The notes under the pieces were generated by a model that was not told where the DNA came from, did not search any database, and saw only the letters and a list, made by a program, of their open reading frames with translations. A stretch of DNA of 64,000 bases. Source: Podarcis vaucheri. Taxonomy: Eukaryota. Both the position numbers and the translations under genes were made by a program. Each line of letters starts with the position of its first letter. The stretch's first letter is position 1. Shown piece after piece: positions 48,001 to 60,121 of this stretch. The stretch lies in NCBI GenBank assembly GCA_965113315.1, contig OZ220366.1, one strand, 5' to 3'.

Positions 48001-48414
48001 ACGCTCAAGAAAAAGGTAGATGGGAGTGGGCAATTAAGCGATGAATAATTAGTCATTCCTTTATTCTTGACTATAATACCATTAGTCAAAGATGAACTCA
48101 TTTGCCTGTACTGTTAATTCCATTGTAGCTCTGGGCTAGTTAACTCTCAGGGCAAGGAGACCTGACCATTGGTCAGCACTTCCCCACCCCCACGCCATGC
48201 TTTCCCTTTCAGTGGATTGCCTCCAGTCTCTCTCACCCCTTCCCTTTTCTTGGCACGTAAAATAGTATCAGTTTGTGCCATTTATTTGCTCGAGGTCTGG
48301 CCTAGCTAGTGTTAAAAGACTTGTTGGCACTCCTGCTATTTCCCATTCAGGACGACAGGAAATATAGGATGGGGGCACAAGGCAGTTTATGTTTTAAGAA
48401 AAAGTCTTACAGTA

Positions 48415-48674
48415 CAGTGGTACCTCTGGTTGCGAACAGGATGCGTTCCGGAGCCCTGTTCGCAACCTGAAAGGAATGCAATCTGCGTCTGCATGTTTGC
48501 GCATGCGCGGGTCACAATTTGCCGCTTCTGCGCATGCGTGTGATGTCATTTTGTGCGTCTGAGCATGCGCGAGCGGCGAAACCCAGAAGTAACCCTTTCC
48601 GGTACTTCCAGGTCGCCGTGGGATGCAACCTGAAAATGCACAACCTGAAGCAAACGTAACATGAGGTATGACTG
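48415..48674. mobile_element. Tc1/mariner-type MITE with repeated GCGCATGCG motifs
   Basis: TA-CAGTGGTACCTC ... GAGGTATGACTG-TA. Confidence 0.8.
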
Positions 48675-48849
48675 TAGTAGGGTGCGCAAGGAAACATTGT
48701 CTTCTTGGAGAGGCAGTCAGTGCAAGCACATCAGAATTTTTGCTGCTAGCTGCCAAAGCAATCAGAAATGCTTATATGAAGTATGAAGTCTTTTACAGCC
48801 GTTCTTCACTGTATGCATAATGAAGCTATGCTACTCTGCCGTAACGGAT

Positions 48850-49165
48850 TCATTTCGTTTATACCTTGTACCATTCTGCACTTATTGGTGAGTTTCTCAA
48901 CAAGTGCCAATTTCCAGACCTTATTATACCAATTCGTCAAAGAGGCTCCTTCCACATATATTTCTGGTGCCTAGTTACAACGATCTTTGCTGCGAAAAAT
49001 AGTCGGTGGTTTAAAGCGCATGCCTGCATTTTCCCCACCGAAAAGATTTAACAAAGCCAATTCTGGGAATTTAGCCACCTTTTGTCCAGCAATTTTGTGG
49101 ATATCATTAAACATTCATCCCAAAATTTAGCTAGCTTTCTACACGTCAGCCACATTTGTTGGAAT
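48850..49165 (-). mobile_element. Degenerate L1 ORF2 C-terminal fragment
   Basis: MWLTCRKLAKFW ... PELALLNLF ... AAKIVV ... WYNKVWKLALVEKLT across frameshifts. Confidence 0.6.
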
Positions 49166-49286
49166 GAGCTCCACTGCAGAACTTTTAGCCCTTAAGAAAA
49201 ACAGTGTCTGTCACCTCAAGCTTGAGATTTTGCTTTGGTATCCAGCTTGGATATATTTCAGTAGTTATATGTATTACAGGAACTAC

Positions 49287-49321
<35 letters not shown>

Positions 49322-49345
49322 GAGAGAGAGAGAGAGTGTGTGTGT
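49287..49345. repeat. Compound (CT)11(AT)6(AG)8(TG)n microsatellite
   Basis: Read directly; 49293-49336 is a perfect palindrome. Confidence 0.95.
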
Positions 49346-50040
49346 ACAACTGTGGCCTTTATGATTGCTAAACAGCACAGACACCTTGCTAACTACCATG
49401 CTTGTGCCAGGCAGCACAGTCTACTTCATGCGCATCTGGAATGAGCTGAAAGTCAGGCATCCAATAATTTTTTTTAGGCACACGGGTAATGTGCCTGAAT
49501 CCTATGAACAGGGTCAGGAAAATTAACATATAACTGGCCATGAAAGGCACAGAATAGGCATAGACAAAACTGTTCTTTAAATCCAATTTGCACATCTATT
49601 TTATTTAATTAATGCTAAAAAATAAGTGTTCAGAATCAATTATGCATATTAAATATTTGATTATATGTGGTTTGATCAATTTAATGTGCTAATAGAATGC
49701 AGGCTTTAAACAAAACTGGAATTTATATCAGATATTTGAGCAGCAACAAATACTTAGTAGAGGGAACAGAGGGGTATGGTTACTGTCGTTAGATTATCAT
49801 GCAGAATGGTCAACAAATCCCCACTTCTTCTATCTTTGATGTCGTGCCCAGCTCTGCTCAGATCTCTTTAGACCATGCCCAAATTTTATCTGTAGCCATG
49901 GAAGATTAATATATGCTTTAAAAAAAAAAAAAGAGCTGGCTATTTTTGCACCAGTTTTCAAATCTGGACTTCCCCGCCCAAAACTGGGCACAATAATTCA
50001 CAGGCCACATCAGACCACATTTTCTGACTCAAGTAAGATA

Positions 50041-50339
50041 CCGTACTTTTCCATGTATAAGACTAGGTTTAAGACTAGGTCTGCGTCAATGGCTGGTGTT
50101 GATTGGCTGATGCTGTGGTAATTGGGCTGGCGATTGACAGCTTCTGCCGGCAAGGGGACAGACGTGAGATGGTTATTTTGACACGTGCAGATGAGCGGTT
50201 TTCGGCAATCCCCCCCAAAAGCTAACCCCCCCCAAAGCTCAACAACTCTGAGCCATCTTCCCCCATTTTCTTAAATTTGAGTCCCCCAAAATAGGGGGCG
50301 TCTTCTACATGGGGGTGTCTAATACACGGAAAAGTATGG
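50041..50339. mobile_element. Tigger/pogo-like MITE
   Basis: TA-CCGTACTTTTCC ... GGAAAAGTATGG-TA. Confidence 0.75.
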
Positions 50340-50451
50340 TAATTACATTTTTAAATACTGCCACACTCATGAAAATAGTCAAAGTTCAGCAGAGTCAGGA
50401 TCACCTAGGAGCTATTTAATGTGAGACTGCCATCTTTCTGGCTATTTGTTA

Positions 50452-50653
50452 CAGTGGTACCTCAGGTTACAGACGCTTCAGGTTACAGACTCCACTAACC
50501 CAGAAATAGTACCTCGGGTTAAGAACTTTGCTTCCGGATGAGAACAGAAATCGCACGGCCCCATTAGCTAAAGTGGTACCTCAGGTTATGAAAAGTGTCA
50601 AGTTAAGAACAAACCTCCAGAATGAATTAAGTTCTTAACCCGGGGCACCACTG
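50452..50653. mobile_element. Tc1/mariner-type MITE (CAGTGGTACCTC family)
   Basis: TA-flanked TIRs; inverted relative to the 41812 copy. Confidence 0.88.
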
Positions 50654-51090
50654 TATTGCAATGCATGTGGTTGTGTTTCCCTCATTACCCATCGCGAGCC
50701 TCTGACATGGCTCCCACAGGTCCACACTCGAACCATTACGCCACACTTGCTCATTAAAAAGAAACCCAGTGCATCTCACCATCGTAGGGGTGCCTCCTCA
50801 GTCTGTGGTGCTGTGTCGATGGGCAACTTCAGTGCCCCTCTTTTTCTCCCTTCCTACGGTTCTTTAGCTTTAAACTAGACCTTGGACTGACAGGCCTACA
50901 AACAGAAGATTCCTTCACTGAAGAACATGCTCGCCAGGCCACCCTACCTACAGCAAGGCCCATTTAAGTCAATGTGATTTATTTCTACAGGGTTCTGCTG
51001 CATGCCCTATCATTAAATGGAAATCTCTCCTAGGTTTTATATGATAAAATGCCATTATCCTAACAGTTATTTGGGAGCATGTTTAAAATA

Positions 51091-51324
51091 CAGTGGTACC
51101 TCGGGTTACATACGCTTCAGGTTACATACGCTTCAGGTTACAGACTCCGCTAACCCAGAAATAGTGCTTCAGGTTAAGAACTTTGCTTCAGGATGAGAAC
51201 AGAAATCAGGCTGCGGCAGCAGCAGGAGGCCCCATTAGCTAAAGTGGTGCTTCAGGTTAAGAACAGTTTCAGGTTAAGAACGGACCTCCAGAACGAATTA
51301 AGTACTTAACCCGAGGTACCACTG
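51091..51324. mobile_element. Tc1/mariner-type MITE (CAGTGGTACCTC family)
   Basis: TA-CAGTGGTACCTCGGGTTA ... TAACCCGAGGTACCACTG-TA. Confidence 0.92.
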
Positions 51325-51734
51325 TAAATGGCATCAGGGAAGGCCAAATGAGTCTTCTTTGCACAAACAGCAGCTGAAATGGGAAGCTTTTGATAGGGGC
51401 GTGCTAAAATGTCCACAATGACTTAAAACTAAATAAATAAAAGGAAGCTGGCACAAGAGCAAAGGGCCTTGGTGCACATTTCTCTGCGGATACACACTGC
51501 ATTGTGCTCAGAGACATGTGAAAATGTTATGAAGTAGAAAGTTCTTTAAATAGCATTGTGACAATATCTGCTTTTCCAAACAAAAACAAGTGATGAATAG
51601 CAGCCCCACACCACCCCACACTTGTAGTACAGAGATTATATTGTCTGTGTCTCATGTTTTTGTCTAGGATTAGTTGGAAAACTTCTTTTTAAGAGTGGTG
51701 TGGGGGAGATGTTACTTCAGTTTTTATCCTTTAT

Positions 51735-51749
51735 TGCCACCTATTGGCG
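51735..51749 (-). promoter_or_regulatory. CTCF-like binding site
   Basis: Minus strand CGCCAATAGGTGGCA, close to CCASYAGRKGGCR. Confidence 0.4.
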
Positions 51750-52638
51750 AAGGCTTCAGTCCACAATGATGAAACCTGCTGTACAGATGAGCTGGACAGT
51801 TATCTTTTACGTTTTCTTGATGACTCATATTCTGCAACATTCAATGCTGCATTATATAGCCCAGTGCAATGCACTTGAAGATCAAAACTAGGTAATTAAA
51901 ACATCAATAAAGCTGTAAGAGCCAAGCCAATTATTTGAGAACATCATCTGAAGGCCTCAGGTTGGTCAAGGCTCCTATAGCTCTGCTGCAGAAATGGCAA
52001 GTGTGCTCAGCACTTGACGGTCGCTTCTAATGCATGTTCTTAACTTCCCGATTTTCCATATCATTCTGAAGCAGTCCCCCGTCAGTTGTAACTAGAACTT
52101 TGCCCCTGAGAAATATTTGTAGATGCTGTGCTAGTTTTTTTCCTTGTATGAGAACTGACAACCTATACTTTAAAGGTGAAGTAAAAAGCAAGATCCCGTA
52201 TTTTTCTGTTTTGTTGTCTCATAGTATTTATTTATAATCTGTTATTTATTTGGCTAAATTGTTTGCTATGCATTTGGACACCTCTTAGGTATCATCACCA
52301 AAATTTGAGGTCAAGGAGCAGGTTTTTGTGTATGTTTGGATGCAATTGGGACACCATTTTAAATCAAGAGTGGACTTCACCAATTATTTGGTTTTTTAGA
52401 ATTTCTGAGCAACACTGGGTAGAAGGCTGCTGGTTTCTAATGTTTCATGGCTCTTTTAATTATGTTTTTATTTTATTTTGCAAGCTCTTCCAGGCTTTGC
52501 AATACTATAGCAATTAAATAATGTCCCATTCTGTAGACAATGGAATCTTAATTTTGCCAATCCTGCGAATTTGGAGGCAGTCCCTAGGCACTTATCTTTA
52601 CATCAAGAGCTTTAGAAAAATAGTTTAAAAAAGGAATA

Positions 52639-52857
52639 CAGTGGTACCTCTGGTTAAGAACTTAATTCGTTCTGAAGGTCCGTTCTTAACCTGAAACTGT
52701 TCTTAACCTGAGGTACCACTTTAGCTAATGGGGCCTCCCGCTGCACAATTTCTGTTCTCATCCTGAAGCAAAGTTCTTAACCCGAGGTACTATTTCTGGG
52801 TTAGCGGAGTCTGTAACCTGAAGCGTCTGTAACACGCTTGTGTACAGTGGAACACTG
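52639..52857. mobile_element. Tc1/mariner-type MITE (CAGTGGTACCTC family), rearranged right end
   Basis: Left TIR intact; right end replaced by the small hairpin TGTACAGTG-GAA-CACTGTACA. Confidence 0.8.
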
Positions 52858-53104
52858 TACACAAAAAATCACAAAACAAAATTCACTATTTATAGAGAAA
52901 GGAACTGGTGGAATCCTAGTGTCAACATCAGTTTCATCATATATTACACAGTACCCTTGAAGAATGTCCCAGATTTAGTTCCCAACATCTCTGAATGTTC
53001 CAGAGAAATAATATTCTGCTCAGCTAACAAGTTTATGGTAAGAGGAAACAGCATGAATTTTAGTGGCAATATGTGAAAGTTAGCTTATCAAATGAATATT
53101 CATT

Positions 53105-55824
53105 AACAGGAAAATAGTCTGATTTTTATTTTTTTTCACATTATCATCAAGTACACAATACAACGTTACACATCCCTATATAGGACTCTATTTCTTTTCT
53201 TTTTCTTTTTTTACAAAGTGTACACAGGGAGGGACATATAGTATTTAACAAGCATTTTTACAGAACAATTATTTATATTATGTTCTCAGTTGGTGTTTTT
53301 TTAATGTACCATTTAAAACATGGAACTGAAACATCAATTTTATAGCATTCGCTAATCAAATAAAACTAGCCTGTAACTATTATTACATTAACAATAACTA
53401 GTTTTGATTTGCTCTTTTTACAGATACATTGTACAAAATCCACTTCACTAAACTCTGAATTGCATACGTTTCCAAAATTATGCTTCAAAACAAGTATTTA
53501 CGATTCCAGATGATGTTACAAAAATAGGAAGTGGGTCACTTTTTTGTTCTTAATTTGAGTAATTGTCCAAGAAGAGTTTTTCAATATGGATAATACTTTT
53601 CAGCAGCAGACTGAGAATTTGAGGTTTGCTAACTTTTTAACAGGCTTGAAAATAACTTTTGTAAATTATTTGGAAATCTGGGCAGGACTTCAATGAAAAT
53701 TGAGGTACCTAAGTTTCCACTGAATCAATGAGTACAAGTGCTTTTAGGACCAGGCTTTCAGGCCATAATCCCACAGTAAAGAAACCACCTAGAATCTTTT
53801 ACAGGATTCTACACAAGCGCTGCTTAAATCTACTAAAAGATAAAGAAATGGCCATGTGCATCTTGGAGCAGAAGTCATGAGTGCATTTGATTACTAGAGG
53901 ATTACTAGAGGTCCCCACTATCTATTCCAGGAGTTTGGTGAACATGCAACAGTCCAAACACATAAGGTCAGAAACAAACATAGCTGCACATAAATCCGAC
54001 ACACTTAGGTTTGTATAAAACAAAACGTTTTATGTTAGCATATCAAGTGTTTATGTTTACATATGGCTGTCTCAAGTAATTCTTGTTTCCATTAAGCAAA
54101 ACCAATCAACCCAGGAATACTGAGGTATTTATTTGAAGAAATGTACAGACATTGTATTTTCTGGCCACATAGGGATATTGTGTTTCTGATGAGAGGTGAA
54201 GGAAGCACAGAGGAAAAACTGTAATTTGGAACATGCGTCTCATCTCATTATATTTGACCAGTGTACTTTTGGGACCAAAACAGAAGGGAAGGGGTTGAAG
54301 AAGCCAACAAGCCAAACACACCAGACTATGTACGTTCACTAAGATGTCATCCCTTACAGCATGCTTTGGAGTCCCTGCCCCACCCTGTTTTACTGCACTT
54401 TGCAAATTCATAACAGTACATTGTTTGCCGTGAAGCAGGTTGTGGCAGCCTTAGCTTTCAGAGCACAGGTGATCATTGCAACATCTATCCAGAAGGGTAT
54501 AAATGGATAAGGAAGAACTAGACAAACTCTAGATAATTACTACTTAATAAACTGATTGGAAGGACCACTACACGCTTGTTACTGAAACGATTCTTTAAGA
54601 AAAGCTGTGACATCTAATGTTTCACAGGGGGAAGGAGACAATTACTCCTCCTCATAGCTCTCTGTGCTCCATCAAAATCTGCTCTGGAAGTTTGAGGACT
54701 CTCCACAGTAGATTTTTGGAGGGGCTGCACTGGGGAGGAGGAATCAATGAAAACTGCCTTGTTTGCCTACCGACATCGACTCCTTCCATCAGCTGAGGGA
54801 GAAACATTGGATATCACCCTGTGTTCCTAAGAGAGTAATAGAGAAAATATACAAAAAGTTGCTGGAAAACAAGTTCTTCATGAAGATAGCATCTGTTTCT
54901 ATTCTTTATTGCTCCATCTAATGTGCTCCCTTTATACAGTTTATATTCTTTGAAAAGCTGTCCAAAGCTGCTGGTGGATAGTTAAAAATATGATTGGACC
55001 AAATATTTCATGGAGTCTTGTAACAAAAATGATTTTTAATTTGGGGTAACCTTAACAACCGTCAATTGATCCTGCCAACAACTGAAACAAATGTATCCAT
55101 ATGCACTATGAATCAGCAATAAGTTTCAAAACACAAATGCATTTGTAATACAGAACCAAAAGAGAAGCACATAGTTAATATGCATGAACAAATGCCTGAA
55201 GTTTTAAATTCACACTTCCTGAAAATAAATGCTCCCAGCAACCAACTATTACTTATCATGGAAGAATTAAACATTATGTAAAAAGAACTCCAAATGATGG
55301 AGAATAGTAATGAGTAACTACTCAAATGAAGATTGTGTCACAATTTTTTAAATATCAGATGAAACAATAAGTGGGTCCTATGGTACAATGTTATCTTCTT
55401 TCATTAATTTCCTCCAGTTTATTTTATACAATCTTTTTATGACTGCTTTATTAAGAGCAAATTAAAAATATATCTTTAACTCATGACAAAACTGTTAATA
55501 TGGTCACTGAATATGAACCATGTCAGTAAGGTATATATTTCAGAGAACAAATGTGGTTGAAAAATTCATTTTGAGACAGGGTTTACTTTATTAAATGCAA
55601 CTTTATTGTTGCTATCCTTCCTCATTTATTAAACGGAAGAGAATTCAGAACACACTAATGAACAAAATGTATAAAAGTCAACTAGAAGCAATAATCCTAT
55701 CTGTATACAGCACTAAATCAAATGCACGCTAGTTTGTTTGTGTGATCTGCTTTATAATACAATGACTGCCTAGAAAGCGAATCTTTTACACACACCCTTC
55801 TAAATTTCATAGAATAAAGAGTCC
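53105..55824 (-). other. ZFX: ZFX 3'UTR (~2.7 kb) with distal and proximal poly(A) signals
   Basis: AT-rich, TE-poor stretch after the stop. Minus-strand AATAAA at 53130-53125 and a cluster at ~55588-55629. Confidence 0.6.
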
Positions 55825-57011
55825 TCACGGCAGCCCAATGTCTTTATGATGCCGCATAATGTGCTGGTTCTTCTCTGAAGGTCTTCTGAAGCCTTTTTTG
55901 CAGAACTCACAACGGTGAGGGTAGTCTTTTGTATGAATGGAAATAACATGCCGTTTGAAACCTGAGGCATCTGTAGTGCTATACTCACAGAACTCACACT
56001 GATAAACTTTTCTACCACTGTGTGTTTTCATGTGTTTTTTGAGTTCCATTTGCAGCTTGAAGCCCTTCTTACATCTCTTGCACCTGAACGGAAGATCCTT
56101 TGTGTGAACTGAGAGAATATGGCGACTTAGAACAAACGGATCTGCAATCTTAAAGTCACAATGTCTACACTGGTGCAATTTTTTGCCTTTGTGCACTGCA
56201 ACATGTTTTTTCAGTTCTGAGGGCCTGTGAAAGCCTTTGTCACACATGTCACACTTATGGGGGTAATCCTTTGTGTGAACGGAAATTATGTGTCGCTTTA
56301 AATCACTCGAGTTTGAACTTTTGTGGTCACAGTGCAGACACTGATGTGTTTTGCTTTCTTGATGCATAATGATGTGCTGTTGCAGCTCTTTGGTATCTGA
56401 AAATATCTGAAAACAAATGTCACATTTGAAGGGCATTTCCTTACTGTGTCTAGTCTTTACGTGAGTTTTCAGGTTGGAAGAGTCAGCCGATCTATACTCA
56501 CAATATTGGCACTGGTAGGGCTTTTCACCGGTGTGGATTCGCATGTGTTTCTTGAGCTCTGACGGATGCCGAAATCCTTTGCCACATTCCACACAAATGT
56601 GTGGAAAGTTCTTGCTGTGCACAGCCAGAAGGTGACGATTCAGTAATCCCTGCTCTGCTGTCTCATACTCGCAGAATTTGCACTTGTGCATTTTGTTTGC
56701 TGCCTTGTCCCTGTGCACCATCTTGTGTGTAAACAAAGCTCCTGCATGAGAGAAACTTTTCCCACATTCGTCACATTCAATTAGCTTCTCGGTCTTTGTA
56801 GTAAGCTTGTGGCTCTCTAGATGGTTATGCAAACTTAACTTTTTGTTTGTAGTGTAATCGCAATCAGTACATCGATATTTTTTCTTAGCAAGAAGGTGCT
56901 CCGGGTGGTTTTTCATGTGCCTTTTCAGGAAGCCTCTAGATTTAAACTTCTTCCCACAAATCATACAGGGGTAGACTGTCAAAGGATGGCCATCGGGCCC
57001 AATTATTATTG
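55825..57011 (-). CDS. ZFX: ZFX last coding exon: 13 C2H2 zinc fingers
   Basis: TTTTATTTTACAG| acceptor; (A)[31 protein letters not shown]...[22 protein letters not shown], near-identical to the ZFX/ZFY finger domain. Confidence 0.97.
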
Positions 57012-57859
57012 CTGTAAAATAAAAGCAAAACCCAGATCATGAAAATGGCACTGCTTAAACAGAAAAGAAATATGCTGATATGTGTATTAACAGCTATGTA
57101 AGTTGAAGTTATGCACTTCAAAATCTTAATCATTTCAGTGACACAGTCAAGCACATACTTATTAGTGCAACCCTATATATGTCTGAGTTAACAAGGCATA
57201 TTCCCAGATAAGTAGGTAAAGGATTGCTGTCCCACTCACTGAAATCCATAGGATTTAAATATTGGCTGGCAATATTACCTCTGTTAAATTAAATTAGCCA
57301 CAATAATGTGTCAGAACTAAAGCAAAATCATTCAACACAAATGGGGGAAGACTTGCAGCACTTCAGTATTTGGTAGCAATGTCAAGTGCTAACACATCCT
57401 TTAATTAAGCAAATTAAACCTGCATAAAGGAATACCTTGACATGTCAGTAACTGCAGAACCCAAGATCTCTTAAAGGTGCCTTGTAATAATAGGAGTCTT
57501 TGCAGTGGATGAATCAGGTTTGTCAGGTTTGAGGACAACTGTTTCCAAAAGAGTCCACCAGTACAGGAATTTCTAATTTTAAAACTGAAGATAACTATTT
57601 GTTCTCTGTTGCTTTGTATGGCTCTCAGATAAGTGAGTAAGCTACTAGAAATGTTAATATTAACTATAATCCAAAATAACAGTTGCAAACAGATAGCATG
57701 AGATAAGAATTATATATAATCATTGTGCAATCAAAACAAATATGAGAAGCAAGTCAATCCAGACATAGAATACATGGAGCTTGATGAAATGTTTTATTAT
57801 GTATTTTCATTTCATATTTTTTTGTTGTGAACCATCCTGTGATCTTTGAATGGTGGCAT

Positions 57860-57899
<40 letters not shown>

Positions 57900-58839
57900 A
57901 AAAAAAAACATGTTTCCACCACCGGAGCTACGCCAAAAGGGCAGAACTGTTATAGTAATCCCTCCCCTCTTTATGAACCATGCATGCGTATTACGTAACT
58001 GTTGGGGCTGCCAGGAATGCAGTGCTCATAGCTGCTATAATAGGCCTATGCTTCCAGTAGGAGCACAACAGATGCGTATATCCTCTCACATTTTATGCAT
58101 CAGTCACTGGCAGTAGTTGCAAGAGAATAATGTATCTAACAACTTCTTTTCTCCTTAAAACGTTGGGGGTATGTTTGCATCAGTACGACTTCATAGGTGG
58201 TGTTGGGTAGGGTTTACTTTAACTGCTGCCTTCGTCAGTGAGTCCACGTGCTCTATCTTAGTGCAATTTCATTTTCTTTGCATTTTGGTTACTAGGGACT
58301 TGTGCATTCTTAAAGAGAAAAACACTTGCGTCAACCCATCTTTACAATGAGATGAGTCACATCTTGAGGATTTATAATTTATAAGTTGATGTAATTTATT
58401 ACACTGAGTCCATTAGAGATGTTTCTAAATATTACAAGCTTTTTGTCTAACCCTCATCCCCACCCCAAAACAAAATGCCAGAAACTGAACAATCTTTTGG
58501 TAAAAGGTACTCTATATTGAAATAATGCACAGAGCATACCTACGTATGCAATCTACATTATCTCCCACTATAATTAAGTGAGTGCATGTTACTCTCCTTT
58601 GAGGTTCCAACCAACCAAGTTGTCTTCCAGGATACTACAGTTCACCCTGCACTCCACCACCAAAAATTAGTTAGCATTCCAGTTCAGTTCTCACTGCAAT
58701 GTTTTTGGCTCTGGCCCACTCAAGCTTTTCCCCCCTTAAAGGTTTGTTTTTGGGTGTGTGTGTATAGTTTTACAAACTTCAGGGTTCCAAAACCTACCGC
58801 TATCTCCCTTTTGTGTGTGAATAGTGCTGTTTGGGCTAT

Positions 58840-59451
58840 AGGTGGCGCTGTGGGTTAAACCACAGAGCCTAGGGCTTTCTGATCAGAAGGTCGGTGGTTC
58901 GAATCCCCGTGATGCGGTGAGCTCCCATTGCTCGGTCCCTGCTCCTGCCAACCTAGCAGTTCGAAAGCACATAAAAGTGCAAGTAGATAAATAGGTACGG
59001 CTATTTTATTCATATCTTGGCACTGAGAACAGCCTTTCCTGTGGGAAGTGCTTGGAGTGCAGAGCTCAAAGTGAGTAGTGACTGATAAATTCAACATGTT
59101 TTTGTGGTTTCTTGATGCTGGTATTTCCCCTGTCATTCCAGCTTCACCCTTTCTTAAAAGAAATCCAGTGTTTGAATACTTCCAGGGGGACACTCTGTTT
59201 GGGTGGGAATTGGGAGATGCCTCCTGACTTTGATATATTGAACTGGGTGATGTTTCCCAATGAGTCTCGTGTCCATGTGAAGGTAAACGGCGTTTCCATG
59301 CTCTGCTCTGGTTCGCCAGAAGCGGCTTAGTCATGCTGGTCACATGACCCGGAAGCTGTATGCCAGCTCCTTCGGCCAGTAAAGTGAAATGAGCGCCGCA
59401 ACCCCAGAGTTGTCCGTGACTGGACCTAACGGTCAGGGGTCCCTTTACCTG
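58840..59451 (+). mobile_element. Sauria SINE interrupted by a ~275-bp insert (~59003-59279)
   Basis: Head GGTGGCGCTGTGGGTTAAACC to AATAGGTACGGCT; resumes at AAGGTAAACGGCG; tail GGGGTCCCTTTACCT. Confidence 0.85.
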
Positions 59452-59528
59452 TACTTGGTGATTTACATTAATAGGTGTACACGGTGTGTCTATGAATAAT
59501 TTTCTGCCGAAACCTGACTTTTCAAGTA

Positions 59529-59787
59529 CCGTATTTTTTGCTCTATAAGACTCACTTTTTCCCTCCTAAAAAGTAAGGGGAAATGTGTGTGCGTCTTATG
59601 GAGCGAATGCAGGCTGCGCAGCTATCACAGAAGCCAGAACAGCAAGAGGGATTGCTGCTTTCACTGCGCAGCGATCCCTCTTGCTGTTCTGGCTTCTGAG
59701 ATTCAGTATATATTTTTTTCTTGTTTTCCTCCTCCAAAAACTTGTGCGTCTTGTGGTCTGGTGCGTCTTATAGAGCGAAAAATACGG
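59529..59787. mobile_element. Tigger/pogo-like MITE with long internal hairpin
   Basis: TA-CCGTATTTTTTGCTCTATAAGAC ... GTCTTATAGAGCGAAAAATACGG-TA. Confidence 0.88.
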
Positions 59788-59980
59788 TAATTTATTCGTT
59801 CTTTCTGTTAAAAGTTCTAAATTTGTGTTCTTGTGATATTGTTAAAGTACAAAACCACAAAAAGAATGCATCTACATGGTTGTGCTTTTAAAACCTTTAA
59901 AATGCTCACAGAAAATGCATTTCTATTCTCTTTCTCTTGACAGGCAATCATCATAGTCACTAGAGTCGCTGGGTACCTAC

Positions 59981-60121
59981 CTGTTTGATATTGTCTGGAT
60001 TCCAATCTCCTCCTTTTCTTTGGTTTTTGTTTTGCTAGCCTTCCAAGACCAGCAGACTCATCTATGTGTAAGAGAGCACTAGCTGTTCCATTTCGGTTTT
60101 CAACTGCATCTGTGTTATTAC
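59981..60121 (-). CDS. ZFX: ZFX coding exon with NLS: GNNTDAVENRNGTASALLHIDESAGLGRLAKQKPKKRRRLESRQYQT
   Basis: TTCCATTAG| acceptor, CAG|GTAGGT donor; 141 nt. Confidence 0.96.

Noticed and set aside
55825-57011. Assignment to ZNF711 or ZFY instead of ZFX
   Set aside because: Sequence and PDK3 synteny fit ZFX; ZFY is a eutherian Y-linked derivative and does not apply to a lizard.
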